The position numbers were made by a program, and so were the translations under genes. The notes under the pieces are model-generated. The model saw only the letters and a list, made by a program, of their open reading frames with translations, ran no database searches and was not told the DNA's origin. A stretch of DNA of 38,903 nucleotides, taken from positions 5,233-44,135 of the forward strand of contig JBBDRO010000067.1 in NCBI GenBank assembly GCA_040905425.1. The letters are read 5' to 3'. The DNA is from Gemmatimonadota bacterium. GTDB taxonomy: Bacteria; Gemmatimonadota; Gemmatimonadetes; Longimicrobiales; RSA9. This document shows, in pieces, positions 36,563 to 38,903 of this stretch; the stretch's first letter is position 1; each line of letters opens with the position of its first letter.

Positions 36563-37138
36563 TCAGCGGTCGTTTCCGCCATCCTGCGGGGTGTCCTGGC
36601 CACGCGCTTCACGGCGCGCGACGATACACGCCTCCTCGAAGGCCTTCTGCGCCCTGCGCATGGCGCGGTGCGTGGAATCCTGCCGTTCGTAGAGCGCTTC
36701 CAGCGCCGCGCGCTGCTCGGGCGTGAGCACCGCGCGGGTCTCCACCTGCATGGAATCCCGCACGGCGTCGCTGCGTGTATCGAACTGCGCGTACAGGCTG
36801 TCCTGGATCTCATCATACTGGCGCCATACCGCCCTCAGCTTCGGCCGCCACGCGTCCATGATGCGCCCGATCGAGTCCTGCTTTACGGGCGACGCGCCGA
36901 TGGAGTCCAGCGGCGCGAAGCGGTCGCGCGTCGTCTGGCGGGGCGCCGGGCATGCTCGCATCTCCCCATCCGTACCGAATGGCACCATCAGGACATCCTC
37001 CGCTGGCGGCACCGCAGACGCCGCACGCCGCGTCTGCTGCAGGGCCATGCCCGACAGCCCGCCCACCAGAAAAGTGACCGCCAGCAGCCCGAACGCCACG
37101 GCGCGCGTGCGGCCGGACGCGGCACGAATCACCATCAT
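36563..37138 (-). CDS. Membrane-anchored periplasmic helical protein (Spy/ZraP-like, LTPEQ)
   Basis: N-terminal TM LLAVTFLVGGLSG; VLTPEQR motif; ATGA overlap with the upstream gene. Confidence 0.7.
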   Translation of the reverse strand: MMVIRAASGRTRAVAFGLLAVTFLVGGLSGMALQQTRRAASAVPPAEDVLMVPFGTDGEMRACPAPRQTTRDRFAPLDSIGASPVKQDSIGRIMDAWRPKLRAVWRQYDEIQDSLYAQFDTRSDAVRDSMQVETRAVLTPEQRAALEALYERQDSTHRAMRRAQKAFEEACIVARREARGQDTPQDGGNDR

Positions 37139-37506
37139 TCGAACTCTCCCTCGAGCGTGGCCAGCAGTTCGATCTCCATGGGCGGGAGCACGAGCTTCTG
37201 CCAGAGCAGGACGTCCGCCTCCGACGCGAGGTCGGCGGTCACGTACGGTGACGTGACGGCCGCCTGCACGGGTGCGGTCATGAACTCGGACCGGGCCAGC
37301 ACCGAGCCGGCCAGCACCGCCAGCAGGGCGGCGGCGGCCAGTGCCGGGCGGGACCAGCGGCCCAGCAGAACGTAGATGTCTCCGCCGCCCGCGCGGCGGT
37401 ATAGCTCCACCTGCGCGGCGCCCATGATGCGCGCCACCATACGCTCCATGAAGGCCGGGTCCCCCGTGGGATCCAGCGGCGTCAGATCCAGCCGCTCCCG
37501 TTCCAT
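37135..37506 (-). CDS. Putative single-pass anti-sigma factor
   Basis: Starts directly after the ECF stop; short N-terminal region, then TM PALAAAALLAVLAGSVL. Confidence 0.65.
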   Translation of the reverse strand: MERERLDLTPLDPTGDPAFMERMVARIMGAAQVELYRRAGGGDIYVLLGRWSRPALAAAALLAVLAGSVLARSEFMTAPVQAAVTSPYVTADLASEADVLLWQKLVLPPMEIELLATLEGEFE

Positions 37507-38058
37507 TCAGTCCTCCTTCAGTGAATCAGCGCCGAGCAGTTCGCGCATGGCACGACGTGCCTGGTGCAGCGTGTAGCGGACCGTGCCCGCGGGCATGTCC
37601 ATCAACTCACCGATCTCCCGGTGTTTCCAGCCCTCCAGATCGTGCAGCAGCAGCACCTGCCGCTGCTTTTCAGACAATTCCGCGGCGGCCAGGCTCAAGC
37701 GGTCCCGCAGACGCGAACGTGCCGTGTCCTGAGCGGGGTCCGAAGCGCCCGCCAGCGGCCCCGCGTCATCCAGCGTGGTGGCCCGCCGGACCCGCCGATA
37801 GCGGTGGAAGCTGTGCGCCCGGTTTCGGACGATCCGGGCCAGCCATGCGGCAAAACGGTCCGGCTCCCGGCAGCTTTCCAGCTCTTCGAGCGCCTTGATG
37901 AACGCATCCTGGACCACATCTTCGGCGTCCGTGGGATTGCGCATGACGCCCAGCGCGACTGCGTAGGCGGCGCGCATATGGCGCCGCACCAGCCCTTCGA
38001 AGGCATCGCCGTCGCCCGCGCACGCACGCCCCACCAGAACGGCATCGCTCTCCTCCAT
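37507..38058 (-). CDS. ECF RNA polymerase sigma-70 factor
   Basis: GDGDAFEGLV, DAEDVVQDAF, FAAWLARIVRN, LSEKQRQVLLLHDLEGW, EIGE and GTVR. Start 38058 (alternative 38082). Confidence 0.93.
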   Translation of the reverse strand: MEESDAVLVGRACAGDGDAFEGLVRRHMRAAYAVALGVMRNPTDAEDVVQDAFIKALEELESCREPDRFAAWLARIVRNRAHSFHRYRRVRRATTLDDAGPLAGASDPAQDTARSRLRDRLSLAAAELSEKQRQVLLLHDLEGWKHREIGELMDMPAGTVRYTLHQARRAMRELLGADSLKED

Positions 38059-38069
38059 GTCCGTCTTAA

Positions 38070-38096
38070 TGACGCCGCCCATTCCTGGAGCGTTGG
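38070..38096 (-). promoter_or_regulatory. Putative autoregulatory ECF promoter
   Basis: Minus strand CCAAC-N17-CGTCA ending about 11 nt before ATG 38058, matching the AAC...CGT ECF pattern. Confidence 0.5.
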
Positions 38097-38163
38097 GACA
38101 GGATTGCCCTGCCGCCGCCGTGACCCCTAGCTTGGCCGCTCACTCGTGATCCCGGAGTTGGTC

Positions 38164-38903
38164 ATGCGCTTCCTCTGGCCGCCGATCGCCGTGTTCCTGT
38201 CCATGGCCCCCGCGAGCGCGCACGCGCAGTGGACTACCGCATCCGCTGCCACGAGCGCGGAGTTCCGCTCGCTGCACGCACCCCAGGCCGCGGTCGTATG
38301 GGCCGGAGGGCGCGGCGGCGTAGTGGCCCGCTCCGTGGACGGCGGCCAGCGCTTCACCGTGGACACCATCCCCACGGCCACGGCTCTCTTCATCGTGGGC
38401 ATCCATGGCGCCGACAGCACCACCGCGCACGCCCTGGCTACGAGCTTCGACGGTGGCCTGGCCCGCATCTATCGCACCCGCGACGGCGGCCGCACGTGGG
38501 AAGCGCGCTACGAGGACCGGCGACCCGGCGTATTCATGGACGCACTCGCCTGCTGGGACGTTAGCCGCTGCCTGGCCTTCGGCGACCCGGTGGACGGCAC
38601 GTTCGTGGTGGCCCGCACCACCGACGCCGGGGAGAGTTGGTCCCGGCTGCCCGCCGAGCGTCTGCCGGCGCCGCTGGTCGGGGAGGCGGGCTTTGCCGCG
38701 AGCGGCCGCGCCCTGGTGACCGGGCCGGATGGCACAGCATGGTTCGGCACGGGCGGCGGTGACCGTGCGCGCGTGTACCGCACGGACGACTACGGTGACA
38801 GCTGGAGCGTGCACGACACACCGCTGCCGGGCAGCGCCACCGCCGGTATCTTCGCGCTGGCGTTCCGGGAGGACGGCCCGCGCGGGCGGGGCGGGGGTGG
38901 GGG
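38164..38903 (+). CDS. Secreted BNR/Ycf48-like beta-propeller protein (3' partial)
   Basis: GGAG RBS; MRFLWPPIAVFLSMAPASAHA-QW; Asp-boxes RSVDGG, RTRDGGRTW, TTDAGESW and RTDDYGDSW; GDP and GEAGFAASG. Open to the window end and absent from the ORF track. Confidence 0.88.
   Translation, partial: MRFLWPPIAVFLSMAPASAHAQWTTASAATSAEFRSLHAPQAAVVWAGGRGGVVARSVDGGQRFTVDTIPTATALFIVGIHGADSTTAHALATSFDGGLARIYRTRDGGRTWEARYEDRRPGVFMDALACWDVSRCLAFGDPVDGTFVVARTTDAGESWSRLPAERLPAPLVGEAGFAASGRALVTGPDGTAWFGTGGGDRARVYRTDDYGDSWSVHDTPLPGSATAGIFALAFREDGPRGRGGGG

Noticed and set aside
38880..38903. G-run-rich end as a G-quadruplex
   Set aside because: At the window edge inside a CDS; may be low-quality sequence and cannot be assessed.

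Overview
High-GC bacterial chromosomal window. The gene content (several secreted beta-propeller, TPR and beta-barrel proteins, plus an ECF/Spy/MacAB module) suggests Gemmatimonadota or a similar diderm lineage; this is inference only. I find about 38 CDS, and no rRNA, tRNA, CRISPR array, integrase or transposase. Left to right: a partial Lys/Ala/Thr histone-H1-like gene missed by the ORF track; an Sfp-type PPTase; a minus-strand block (COG2403 P-loop enzyme, psd, amidohydrolase, beta-propeller lipoprotein, TreT-like GT4); a small Cys-rich ORF divergent from a four-gene 2-oxoacid oxidoreductase operon whose delta subunit carries an inserted GltD/NfnB-like flavin module; an M14 peptidase; a persulfide dioxygenase-rhodanese/ArsR pair; an EcsC-like gene; ndh-DUF456-DUF309; a minus-strand block led by a DNA-ligase domain lacking its catalytic residues; a yciF remnant; a LysM peptidase with a long structured leader; secreted proteins (one frameshifted); menC/NAAAR; an ECF sigma-anti-sigma-Spy-MacA-MacB operon; and a partial BNR-repeat gene. 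The best candidates for undescribed biology are the split-delta oxidoreductase with its divergent Cys-rich microprotein, the pseudo-ligase, and the structured LysM leader. All family calls come from motif recognition; no database searches were run.
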